Shown piece after piece: positions 54,101-63,329 of a stretch of 64,000 bases of DNA. How positions within the stretch are numbered: the first letter of the stretch is position 1; every line of letters begins with the position of its first letter. The position numbers and the translations under genes are program-made. The notes under the pieces are model-generated. The model was given only the letters and a program-made list of their open reading frames with translations, was not told where the DNA came from and ran no database searches. Source of the DNA: Ophelia neglecta (lineage: Eukaryota); contig OZ260661.1 in the NCBI GenBank assembly GCA_965285935.1, forward strand, positions 121,272,001 through 121,336,000, given 5' to 3'.

Positions 54101-55355
54101 AGGGTCAGGGAGCCAGAAAGGGGGGGGGGGGAGCTTTAGTGACCATCAGCCTATACCTGTTTATTGAGTATCCCAAGAATGCCAGGATCTGACTTGAGAT
54201 ATGTGTCACCCCCCTGCCACATACCTCCACAGTCTGACAGCCCGTGTGTGTGAGGGCTGTGTGAAGTGCCTGGTACTTCTCGGAACCCAGCCTGGTAACT
54301 GTCTGGTTTGATCCCTGACCCCACTCGGTGACCTGCTGACCCATGTCAGCCCTCCCACCTGTCACAGTGGGTGAACAGAGCCTGGTAACTTATCTGCCAG
54401 CTGACAGGGTGCCCCCAGGGCAGAGCCCTGTTCTAGGAATGATCTGGCCCGGTATGTAAGCTGATCCAGGAGAGTTGTCCCCTGGAGGCTGTGTACTGAG
54501 AGATAGGACAGTGGTTGGTGTCACTGAGTGTGCCATGTCTATACCCCTGTCAGCATGTCACCCGGTTATGTCCATGTCAACTCGGACAGTCTCCCAGAAA
54601 CTAGATACACCATTAACTTGTCAACTGTCCATAACTCTACACAATATACTAAAACATGTGGCACGAAAACAAACCAAGGCAAACTTAACTGGCCATTTAA
54701 ATCTAAAATTGTAGAGTTACAAGTTTAGATAGTATAGGATGACAAATTTCTAATTATAGTGTAGTCTCTCAGGACAGGCTCCTGGGGGAGAAGCATTTAA
54801 ACAATAAGTACAATGGGAGCAGGGGTAAATGGTCCTATTTGGGTAAATAATGATATCCAAGCATGAGGCAGGCTAAGAGGTCAAGGTCTAAGATGGTCAA
54901 ATTAAACATATTGTATTTCTGACCCGAGAAATAGGTCAGGTGCTGTGAGGTACTTAACAAAAAAGCACAAATAAAACAAAATCAGGGGAAAGAAAGAAAA
55001 TTGGAGGAAAACAGCATCAAGGACTTATTGATACTGAATCATTTTGAATGATACACTATTTTGCAAACCAAATGTCATTTAAGTTCAATTTATAATTTAA
55101 AATCCTTACTCACCCTAGTGGACAAGGGAAGCCTGGGGGTGGGGAGGGAGGGCTGAGCAGACTGAAATAGCTGTTCTCTATATACTCGTCTGTCTGTGTC
55201 GCCACGGTGACCATGGGCGGCAGACGTGACTTCATCTTGGTGTTGTTGTTTTTTGAGACTCGCCGTAGTACCTCCACCACTATTGGTTCCTTGGCCGTTC
55301 TAAACGCTTCTACAGCATCCTCATGGGAACTCTTTGATAAATCCTGCCCATTTAC
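15019..55355 (-). CDS. PDZRN3: Partial multi-exon gene: PDZ domain-containing RING finger protein 3/4-like E3 ligase (LNX3/4 family); join(55355..55114,40189..40048,22472..22374,17187..17125,15120..15019)
   Basis: Five exons with AG/GT ends and compatible phases (0-2, 2-0, 0-0, 0-0, 0-0) splice into a stop-free 216-aa peptide: [32 protein letters not shown]...[88 protein letters not shown]. This closely resembles human PDZRN3/4 as recalled ([32 protein letters not shown]...[57 protein letters not shown]). Probably a co-orthologue of PDZRN3/PDZRN4; both gene ends are outside the window. Confidence 0.93.
15740..16140 (-). mobile_element. Possible decayed SGNH-esterase-type LINE ORF1 fragment
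   Basis: KAKKSMSGLYRG...NAKPQALCAKGSLALPNQ...FTRNNLSLTHQRLQR (read through one stop) loosely resembles the C-terminal half of CR1/L2 esterase ORF1s (KIIISGLLPR...N..L..LC...DGLHLN). Confidence 0.3.
17125..17187 (-). CDS. PDZRN3: PDZRN3/4-like exon: middle of PDZ2 (63 nt)
   Basis: Acceptor T-run ccag|GTT GAG; donor TTA CAG|gtaata. Encodes [21 protein letters not shown], a classic PDZ A..DGRI..GD.I motif. Confidence 0.95.
17740..17980 (-). mobile_element. Decayed LINE APE-endonuclease fragment
   Basis: ORF 17734..17979 contains EINTSGCLLDRRDQKG, resembling E..IPGY.LFRRDR.G. Confidence 0.35.
18560..18950 (+). mobile_element. Decayed CR1/L2-type RT fragment
   Basis: LDVSRVNHVALDRLLVLGLLSNNITQWV...NQERNLSNGQ resembles LDFSKAFD.V.H..LL.KL...G......WI....RKQRV..NG. 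Confidence 0.5.
19900..20560 (-). mobile_element. Decayed LINE APE-endonuclease fragment with a PxYLPRE motif (Rex1/Babar- or CR1-related)
   Basis: ORF 20153..20404 has VAFFLWSKYC...GPLYLPRE, matching the GGVCF.IN..WC...RPFYLPREF signature; LEHLLVSK...LEASLD lies upstream. Confidence 0.55.
21787..22322. repeat. Near-perfect 64-nt tandem repeat, about 8 copies
   Basis: Unit gtataagactgtcaagtttaccatccatctcattatacatatctactttttcataccgtttcca; starts at 21851, 21915, 21979... Confidence 0.98.
22374..22472 (-). CDS. PDZRN3: PDZRN3/4-like exon: N-terminal part of PDZ2 (99 nt)
   Basis: Acceptor T-run ccag|GAG GTT; donor AGT GAG|gtaaga. Encodes [33 protein letters not shown], including the carboxylate-binding loop KVGL. 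Confidence 0.95.
24178..24400. repeat. Degenerate tandem repeat (~30-38 nt)
   Basis: Recurrent aagaactattctcagccagcatgctctaagaact. Confidence 0.85.
28060..28415 (+). repeat. 38-nt tandem array (~7 copies) at the end of a probable Tc1/mariner-pogo-type non-autonomous element
   Basis: Unit atagcag(t/a)cacctggcctatatgaccacctatacaggc (28074, 28112...). It is preceded by catcaacctgtctatagcagtcacc, similar to the CAGTCAAACCTGTC...GACCACC termini common in invertebrate MITEs, and followed by inverted ggtggt/gtggtca copies. The array is certain; the transposon origin is inference. Confidence 0.85.
29783..30305. repeat. Degenerate ~50-nt tandem repeat
   Basis: Unit ataaacaccaaaaggtaaactgaatatctgggggcctcttctctcaggac (30001, 30051, 30102, 30152). 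Confidence 0.9.
30335..30700 (-). mobile_element. Relic of a SWIM zinc-finger transposon accessory gene
   Basis: ORF 30247..30696 contains WAHCTCGLKPLCMH (CxCx5CxH) with an upstream aromatic beta-rich segment and a downstream C...QYW. This layout resembles the SWIM-YqaJ proteins of ISL2EU/Kolobok-type DNA transposons. Confidence 0.4.
34200..34620 (-). mobile_element. Possible 5' relic of a Rex1/Babar-like LINE ORF
   Basis: PARVKEKMKATPKWNCPNLPVGLLVSARNSMDN resembles ..RARL....RPPLPSILLANVRSLDNK. Confidence 0.35.
34950..35165 (+). mobile_element. Decayed C-terminal end of CR1-type ORF2
   Basis: THNDRFVRSTCCFLVTNWQKLPKE resembles RT.RF..SFF...I..WN.LP.E. Confidence 0.45.
35543..35727. repeat. 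Degenerate ~40-nt tandem repeat
   Basis: Recurrent tgtacccagatcacattataagggtttaattctga. Confidence 0.75.
40048..40189 (-). CDS. PDZRN3: PDZRN3/4-like exon: acidic inter-PDZ linker (142 nt, phase 2 to 0)
   Basis: Acceptor ttttccgttttag|G GGC CTA; donor TAC GAG|gtgaga. Encodes (G)GLCQPSSRHAVAFSPTGDLGLSDLEMANCYDYEEDFDPDRGYDVEYE. It exactly bridges the phases of the flanking exons and ends in an acidic stretch like the ...ELELE|EV junction of PDZRN3. Lies inside ORF 39979..40221. Confidence 0.85.
40919..41371. repeat. 88-nt tandem repeat, 5 near-identical copies
   Basis: Unit gtaaacaatccccacacatcactttacaggtagccagctcaatcctgcta(a/c)aacagacttctaaatgtaaggtaccaaattaacatgt; starts at 40919, 41007, 41095... 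Confidence 0.98.
48900..50250 (-). mobile_element. Decayed CR1/L2-like LINE ORF2 (endonuclease end + linker)
   Basis: ORF 49717..50103 has AVTSFCLINTVFAP (S.NL.Q.V..PT-like). ORF 48938..49327 has ARWVIS...LHDKLHALLRSVKLHF...ELEKNLLPEEFGLLN (PWI...RNKV..LIRKAK..Y...N.PKKFW..LN-like). The two are in the correct order. Confidence 0.5.
52140..52440. repeat. Compound poly-C/(CA)n repeat, about 4 units
   Basis: Units ccctggtaaccactac(C)n(AC)n tcccacccttacccct; G-rich on the transcribed (minus) strand. Confidence 0.9.
53095..53390. repeat. Degenerate tandem repeat (~60-75 nt)
   Basis: Recurrent agaagaggtaggccaggacccag(a/g)tgtc...ccccagactgg. Confidence 0.8.
53965..54115. repeat. Three degenerate copies of a ~55-nt unit
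   Basis: Recurrent accctggtcca...tagggccatac...cagggagc. Confidence 0.7.
55114..55355 (-). CDS. PDZRN3: PDZRN3/4-like exon: C-terminal half of PDZ1 plus start of linker (242 nt, phase 0 to 2)
   Basis: Acceptor acttttttccag|GTA AAT GGG CAG; donor CTA GG|gtgagt. Encodes [80 protein letters not shown](G). Missed by the ORF track. Confidence 0.95.
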
Positions 55356-56167
55356 CTGGAAAAAAGTAGAGAATTGTTAAAAATAGCATCAATGTATCAT
55401 CTATAAAAATTAAGCAAAGAAATTTGGGTAAAAATACATCATTGCTGCCAAAAAACTCATTGGCTAACATTTTCACTATTTCTCATGGAACATATCATGC
55501 CCTGCTCCACATTCACAGAGCTACTCTGAACACTTAGCTAAGATGTTTCACCGGGGTGCTTCACCTCCGGAGTGCGCTCCGCACAGTAATTGTCCAGACC
55601 AGATCAATAGTCAATATGGACCCAAAGACAAAATACAGGTTTTAGGTAATTATCATTCCCATTTACACACATTAGCGCCTCCGCTTTGCTCCTGGCTGAT
55701 CAATGGTACTACCTGACCATTACCAACACCCCCTCTCTCCTAATCAACCTTTAGACCACAGACCCTAACACACTGCTACACTGCTACTCACCCAGAATAC
55801 CTAGAAATAACCTGAGATCTGGCCCAGCATTACATAACATGTAATCGGGCCCTGGCATTCCTACCATTTGATTATAGAGATGGGTTATAATCCTGGCTAG
55901 CTGGTAGGCCACAAATACCTACAGCTTCTTTACCTCTGACAGAAGACACAAGACCAGGGGCCAGCCTTATACTTTGTCCAGGAGACTAGGGAAATACCAT
56001 CATACTCGTTTTTATGTAGAATGTAGCCAATTCTATTGTTGCAATCCACATTAGTCAAGGGTAGAGTAAATTAAATGAATTGGCATGGAAAGTACATAAC
56101 TGGTTTTGGGATTCCTTGTAGAAAGTAGTAATTTAAGTCAGCTTAGAAAATTAACCACAGTACATCT

Positions 56168-56650
56168 GAGTGAGTACACTGACTTGGGTATACTGACCAG
56201 GGTGTACTAACCAGGGTATATAAACCAGGGTGTACTGACCAGGGTGTACTGAACAGGGTATCCTGACCAGGGTGTACAAACCAGAGTGTACTGACCAGGG
56301 TATACAGACCAGATATACTGACCAGGGTGTACAGACCAGGTTGTACTGACCAGGGTATACTGACCAGATATACTGACCTGGGTGTACTGACCAGATATAC
56401 TGACCTGGGTGTACTGACCAGATATACTGACCTGGGTGTACTGACCTGGGTGTACTGACCAGGGTGTACTGACCAGAGTATACTGACCAGGGTGTACTGA
56501 CCAGGGTGTACTGACCAGGGTGTACTGACCAGGGTATATTTAATCACAGTGTACTGACCATGGTATAATAACCATAGTGTATTGATCAGGGTATGTTAGT
56601 CACTGTGTACTGACCAGGGTATACAGAACAGGGTAATTTGACCAGGGTGT
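56168..56650. repeat. 14-nt minisatellite
   Basis: Unit tactgaccagggtg with variants, about 30 copies, degenerating at both ends. Confidence 0.95.
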
Positions 56651-57049
56651 AATTACAATTGCATATTTGCTAGTGTATACTGAGCCCAGTGATAGATACA
56701 TAATTTATTAGAGGTGAAGACTTGTACATGTATAAATACAACAGAGAGCTACAAGTGGTGTGAAGAGACTGGAGGGTGTCTTCTTTCAGGACAGTTCAGC
56801 TGAGGGTCAGCCCTGCCAGCCTCCACCAACACAGTAAAACGGTAGATAAACAACCAGCAAGTCTACAGCCTTTCCTGCATACCGACACAAAATACACAGC
56901 CCTTTAGCAATGATATACCTGTTTACATAGACAGCAAATTCAACACCACTAGTGGCTAAATTGCTGTGTTAAAGTCCTAGATGTGATTTCTCGGGTGAGA
57001 CCTAGGGTCTATACCTTTGTAATAACATGCTGGTAACATTGGAGGTACA

Positions 57050-57520
57050 ATTGTTTTTGGATTCATCAGACTGAGATTCGACTATTGAAGCTCCCAGAGA
57101 AATCTTTACAAATCCCTTGTCTATTGTCTGAGATAGGGCTGCACTTAGGGACAACCACCATCACAGACATGTCCTAGCAATAATAACAACCGTGTGAAAA
57201 CAATTTGTGGCAAAAAGTGCCGGAGCCTCAACCATTACATGTTCGATCACTTGTGACAATTTCTCCAGCCGGTGAATGGGCATTGAAGCTACAGACATGT
57301 ACATTTTTCTGGTCTTTTAGTTCTCCGTACTCATAATCAATACAGGTAATGGGAACTGCAGGCTCCATGGAGCTCTAAACGGCTGGTATAGAAACTTCAG
57401 GTGCTCGAAAAGTGTAATATCCGGGGTGCTATCAGCATTAGACAGCCGGAGAGATATCTTTAACTCTGTGGCTGAACATATAATAACAGGTAGATAGCAG
57501 CACATTATTAAAGTCACAAT
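57050..57520 (-). mobile_element. Decayed LINE APE-endonuclease fragment
   Basis: TLIMCCYLP (LII.VYLP-like) followed by KNVHVCSFNAH (GDFNAH-like). Confidence 0.4.
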
Positions 57521-58129
57521 CTAAGCGACAGTTAATTAGTTTTCACCAGAAAGTTGAGACTTGGTAAATGTACAGGTCAAACACTGCACAAATATTACAA
57601 ATCCCAGCTGAGACTATAAGTTCTGTTATTTCATTCATAACAAACTCTGGCAAGTAAAACTAGTAAGCAAATAGACAATAACAACATAAATACCTGGACA
57701 TCTGAGAGAGATGATTCCTTTATAATCTCAAGTAAATCACAAGCTGTCTAGTAATAAATCCATAGATCTGTCTCCTCGGGCAGACTAACCTAATCAAAGG
57801 TCTGGACTCTCCTCCAGTATAGTGATCAACCACAACTCCTATTACTATCTGGAGACTCATCAGCACAAGAAATAGTGCCAATGAGAAGTTCACTGCTGAG
57901 ACTGGAGGTTTTATCTGGGTATAGCAGATGGTGTGTGGTATTCCTGGCTGACTAGGTATGGCCAGTTTACCTTGTAGTCACTCTCTTGGGGACAGTATGT
58001 CATCTGCACAGCATATTACCTCAAGATGTGTGCCACCCGAGCCTGATACCAAGGCTTACTCACACTTTACTGGCTCTAACTCCTGCCCGGTGCCCCGTGG
58101 CTTGAAGGCTGACTACATTCTCAGATACA

Positions 58130-58720
58130 AGTCTCTACATTACAGCAGGTTCAGAGCTCTAAACATCCGGTCTATATTTAGTACATTATCTCTTGACCGG
58201 AGAGGATCTGGTCAGACCATCCCTGGGGATAACCTGGCCTGTTCTCTGAGATCAGTCTATGAAGGAAAGAGAATACTACCAAAGACACATTTACCTCTCC
58301 AGTTTCTTCAACATCCCCCAATACACCAATAACTAGCTACCAATAGCCTGATATAGGGGAAAGGCCCAAAATAAAACAGTTGTGCCCAATCCAGACCAAT
58401 TTCCTGACACCTTATTATAGTGTTCAGTGAGTTTGATTTAGTAGACCACCCATTTCACAGAATCTTTTAAAAGAGGTAAACCTCAGATCTCTCATACCTG
58501 GGTCTCTGTGAAGTTTGTTTCCTGCACTTGACTGTTCAAGTTTTGTAATTCTTCACATAGGCCATTGCCACATAATTCCTTTATATCTGTTGATAATGTC
58601 TGCCTGGCTCCACTTGTCCTGGCTAGCTATCGGGAGATCACTGATTTTGTTCATCTCTGGACGCAATCATGATCAACAGTTAATACAAACCCATCATTTT
58701 CCCCATTGGAGCCCTTGTGC
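58130..58720 (+). mobile_element. Decayed LINE APE-endonuclease fragment
   Basis: RFRALNIRSI (LNIRSL), GLFSEISL (SETWL-like), FSRPP (YRPP-like), FVILHIGHCHI and QQLIQ occur in the expected order. Confidence 0.5.
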
Positions 58721-58934
58721 TGACACGTGTGATGCTGACAGCACAATGCAACTGTGTTAAATTAGCCTGCACATTGGAGCTGGAGGGATTAGGTGTCCCC
58801 TTGTCAGATTTCTAGGAGACGGAGAATTAGCAAGATAACTGACAATTCCGACTGGTCATCACCATCATATAAAACAGACTTGGATCATGATCAGCATCAG
58901 GACCACCAGACTGACTATGATCATATAACCGGAC

Positions 58935-59085
58935 ACTGTTTGGGGGGGGGGGCAGCCTGCTTGAGGGGAGGGGGAGCCTGCTTGGGGGGAGGGGGAGCCT
59001 GCTCGGGGGGGGGGGGGGGGGGGGGCGGGGGAGGAGGCTGCTTGGGGGGAGGGAGCCTGCTTGGGGGGAGGGGCAGCCTGCTTGC
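58935..59085. repeat. G-rich ~20-nt repeat with long G runs
   Basis: Recurrent gcctgcttggggggagggg(g)a with G runs up to about 20. Confidence 0.9.
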
Positions 59086-59560
59086 AGGAAGCTGCTGGGG
59101 TCTGGTGCTGGGGTCTGGTGACGGGAGGCTACTCGGGTCTGGTGACGCCTTTCAATCTACTCATGTCATGACATAAATCTGCCATTCCAAGGCTTCATGT
59201 CTACCTGCCAGGGACTGGGTCACATGATTCTGAGTGGGTGAAGGGAGGGGTGCCTGTTGTCAGTTCAGTTTGAAGGCACAAAACATTTTTTTCCTACATT
59301 AAAATTCAAAAACTGAATCATCAGCCTCAGAAACATAAACTGATCATAAACTATTACCTATAAAAAAGCCATAAATTATATAACCTTCCTCATACAAAGT
59401 ATGACTGTAGGTCTTAGTGAGTCTTAGTGAGTCTTAGGCCCTGACCCCTACTGGTCAACACATTAATACCCTGTCAGATCACAGTGATCAGTACCTTGAA
59501 GCTGCCTAGATCTTCTCCTGTCCTCAACTAAATCAATTAAAGCCAGTGATTACTGCCATT

Positions 59561-59636
59561 GAGGGTGATTATGAGGGTGATTGTGAGGGTGATTGTGAGG
59601 GTGATTGTGAGGGTGATTGCGAGGGTGATTGTGAGG
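59561..59636. repeat. 12-nt tandem repeat, about 6 copies
   Basis: (gagggtgattgt)n. Confidence 0.95.
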
Positions 59637-61647
59637 TTTGAATTGCTAAGGAAGGGCATTATTAACTGAAATACCATACCACCTGTGTACCCCAGTCAGG
59701 TAGTGGCAGGGTTCAAATGTCAGCACTGGCAGAACTGCTCCAGATCTCTGACATGGTTTGGTCATGCATCACTGAACCCATTGTCCACTCTCAATTACAA
59801 ACTGAATTGGCTGTCACCCCCATCTTAATACTCATATCTCACCCAGGTTTTCATTTCCCCTCACAATAGGACGACATTGTAAACTGATAGGGGAACAATA
59901 CACACTGAAACAACTGGAAAATCACCTACAGGCTTGTGTAATCAACCATTGAGGGAGAAAATGATCAAAGTGAGCAGTACTGGAGAGGCAACAGATGACA
60001 GGTACACAAACTACCCTGCTGTAGACTGGGAACTATCAGAGACTAAGGAAGGAGGGGTTCAGCGGATGTGTGGGGAATGCGCCCTTGAATACCTTTCAAC
60101 CCCAGGGAAGATTGAGGAGCTCAGGAAGGAGGGAGAATGAGGGCTGTCCCCTCCCACACACTTCAGGTAAGAAGGCAGGTATGGGGACCTCTCCCAGTGT
60201 AAACATTTGCCCCTGAACCCAGCCAGAATTGATCATCACAATACATGACACCCACACAAAAAAACACTGCTTAGATAAATTAACCATGATTATCAATCAA
60301 GGTTTGTGTTAGGTGTTCCATTACACCTGCAGCCTAGCCAGGCAGGCCATTACTGAGTCAGTACCACCCACCTATTATCTTGTCACACAGAACAATACAG
60401 TCCCAACGAAAAATGGGAATATAGCTGTAATTATAGAAATTACAGATATGCAGTCAATAGAAATAGACAATTGCTAAATGGGTTTATTTACATCGTATGG
60501 GGAATTCATGATGCACCATGCACCAGAGTGACAAAAACAAATATTGCGACTGTCAAGGATGCCTTCCAGCGTTAAATACAGTGAGCTGGAGAAATCAATT
60601 TGTCTCTACAATATTTAACCAATTTTCCACCTTACCAACCAAGCATTCACCAGGTGACAGAAAAATTAAAAAAAATTGCCCTCAAGAGAAATAACACAAG
60701 ACTTGAGCCTAACTAAATAGCTTACCACAGTAAAAAGCTGGTAAAGTGAGATTCCTTCAAGGCCTCGTTTATCATCAACCTCTCATACAGTTTTTTGTCC
60801 ATATGGCTATAATGAACATGTATGAATGTTACCAATTCAAGCATAATTCCCTCTATATTGGATATGGCAAAACAGTTTAAAGGACTTAACATGCTACTTA
60901 CTCTCTACTGTAAACTTTTAAGCCTGCAAACAGACTTGATTGACATTATTTGGCAAATTTATGAAAAGGTTTACAGAATTCTATTTTCTAAACATCTTAT
61001 TATAGGTAGCCTTCCAGTCATGTTACACAAGTGAAGGTAAGTTTTACTTTTTACTTCCACTTGGCAATCTTACCTCCTAACGTCATAGTCTGTGTTAGGC
61101 CTCACACCTACTGAACAAGGTACATTTACAGCCAAATGCTTCCTAAAATCCAAAATGCAAAACTTGAAACATAAAAAGATACAAGTTGGGGTGTACCACA
61201 GGCATACTTATGGCTTGAAAGTGAATGAATTGATCATAGCACACACCTTTCAAGTAATATACCACCAGACATTTCAAACACTACATAAAAAGTGTCTATT
61301 TCCTCAGCTGAATAAATATTTCTAAAAAAACTGTTTGTTGCTTAGTGTTTGTTGCTAAGGGAAGGAGTGAAGGAGACAGTGGCTGTCCTGGTCTGACAGA
61401 CTCCAAGACATACTCTAGTGATTTGAGGTTCTGATACTATGGGTGGGTCCCCGAGATATACTCTGAGTGGTCTGAGGGGTCCATCCTCTAGGGGGTTTGA
61501 GGGTTTCCCACCTGAGTGATTTGAGAGCTTGGTACATTACTGTACATAGTCTCTTTTTATATAAACAGATAGTTTATAATTTTCATGGCTCCAAACTTCT
61601 ATAACCTGAACCAGTACACCAGATTTTAAAAGTTTGTAAAGACAAAA

Positions 61648-61881
61648 CCAGGCTGGAGGAGTGGTCAGCCCAGATATTGTAAAGGGAGTCCAGGCTAGAG
61701 AAGTGGTCAGCCCAGGTATTGTAAAGGGAGTCCAAGCTAGAGAAGTGGTCAGCCCAGATATTGTAAAGGGAGTCCAGGCTAGAGAAGTGGTCAGCCCATA
61801 TATTGTAAAGGGAGTCAAGGCTAGAGAAGTGGTCAGCCCAGATATTGTTAAGGGAGACCAGGCTAGAGAAGTGGTCAGCCA
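61648..61881. repeat. 42-nt tandem repeat, about 5.5 copies
   Basis: Unit ccaggctagagaagtggtcagcccagatattgtaaagggagt; explains the three overlapping periodic ORFs. Confidence 0.97.
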
Positions 61882-63022
61882 AGATATAGGGCTCCGAGGG
61901 ATCAAAGACAGTCTTAGGCTGCAAGGCAATGGTAATCAATGGGGCTAATTAGTTCTGAGAAGGGGGTAGGGGTAGGGTTACTGGGTGATCCTCAGCCTCA
62001 AGCCCCTGGGTTAGAGTCCTAATGGGGGTGACTGGTCACTAATCTCTCAGTGAGTCATCCTCCCTCCTTAGGGCAGGCCAATACAAGACCCATTGCTCAC
62101 ATAATGTAGAAGGAAATAACAGAGAAATAATACAATCAACTAATACAAGCAGGCCAGCTGGCCGGCAGTGCCACACCTAATCTGGGGCCGGCTTCAAACA
62201 GATAACCAATCCTGTAATTGGTGGTGTGGTGTAATCATTACATTACACCTGTTCAGATTTGATAAAAAGGAAAATAACCCTGATCAAAGAATTGTCATTT
62301 GGAGACATTTAATTTCGGCAGGCACCTGAGTAAATAGTGACCAGTTTTTTCTTAACTCAAGCAAATTGTAATTCTAAGAACTTCATTTTATTATCAATCA
62401 AAGGATAATTCATTACGAATTGAGAATGTGTCTAGTTTAAATGAATAAAGAACTGTATTTGCTCTTTAATTCAATATTTACATGGACTTTGATGGAAGGT
62501 GAACCTACAAGCTGTCACATTGCATCAGAGATCTCAGTCACTCAGCTACACCCCAGGTGTAGTCTGGTCATTGATCAGCTGTTAAAAGGCTAGACCTTGT
62601 TATTGTAAGTAATTAACTAATATTATGATATCCTGGAAAGTGTTTACATCATTGATATTTAAAAACAAGCCCATCCTTTATATACTTACTGTAGATCATA
62701 GAAGGGTCCCCCATACAAATAAAGAGCAAGTGACTGGACAAATGACTATAGTTGTCTATCATGATCTTAAGATATACATACAAGCTACATATAAAGCAAA
62801 CCCTGCTACTTAAATGACTGTAAGAATACTTACACGGGCAGTTCGGAAATTAATTGTGCTCAGTATTCATTGGAAAAAAAGCAAATGGAGTCTTTTCACC
62901 TCACAGATTAATGAATGTCAACAGAGAGAGCTTGAGACATAAAGCTGAAATTGACAGTTAGATTTAATAGTTAGATTTATCAAACCAATGCTTAGTTGCA
63001 CTAAGTAAGTGACTGACTTTCC

Positions 63023-63067
63023 ACTAGTCAATGACCTGCTCATCACCAGGAGACCGACCTGGTGATG
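63023..63067 (-). mobile_element. Candidate Helitron 3' terminus (hairpin + CTAG|T)
   Basis: Perfect 10-bp stem catcaccagg-N7-cctggtgatg (63041-63067), followed on the minus strand after 13 nt by CTAG then T. Confidence 0.35.
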
Positions 63068-63329
63068 GACCACTTACTAAATGGACTGTCAGGACAAACC
63101 AGCTATGCTATACAGTATACAGTAGGTAAGGATACAGCAGGAAAACAAATGGCATCTGTTTGCTGGTTCAGTTGATATTTGATCAGGCCAAAATGATAGA
63201 ATTGATTGATTTAATTTCCTCCCTTCTTTTAGAGATTTACAAAAAATGAAATGTTACATAATAAAAGCCACTGGTAAACATGTTTCTGCCACAAGTGGTT
63301 CTAATTTGCCAGCAGCTCATTACTGACAG

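Noticed and set aside
55545-55725. Twin hairpins and a 27-nt match to 4105-4131 (taat.tg.ccagaccagatcaat.gtc) as a possible structured ncRNA family
   Set aside because: Both copies translate on the minus strand as TIDLVW preceded by a VM(G)-like motif, i.e. relics of the same APE-endonuclease-bearing element; the hairpins are short and not shared between copies.
56143-56547. 134-aa repetitive ORF
   Set aside because: Translation of the 14-nt minisatellite.
58793-59176. Gly-rich 127-aa ORF
   Set aside because: Translation of G runs and a G-rich repeat.
60726-60737. 12-nt cassette-like segment (ccag|CTTTTTACTGTG|gtaagc)
   Set aside because: Would insert into the PDZ1 fold, and lies in sequence resembling a LINE RT relic (KLYERLMIN); probably chance.
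61071-61095. Second tag|GAG|gtaaga microexon-like site
   Set aside because: No polypyrimidine tract or AG-exclusion zone upstream, unlike the 6891 site.
644-61881. Regularly spaced repeats as possible CRISPR arrays
   Set aside because: All arrays are head-to-tail tandem repeats without unique spacers, in a spliceosomal-intron context with no cas genes.
61537-61948. Three overlapping repetitive ORFs (130, 118 and 95 aa)
   Set aside because: By-product of a stop-poor 42-nt tandem repeat that is open in several frames on both strands.
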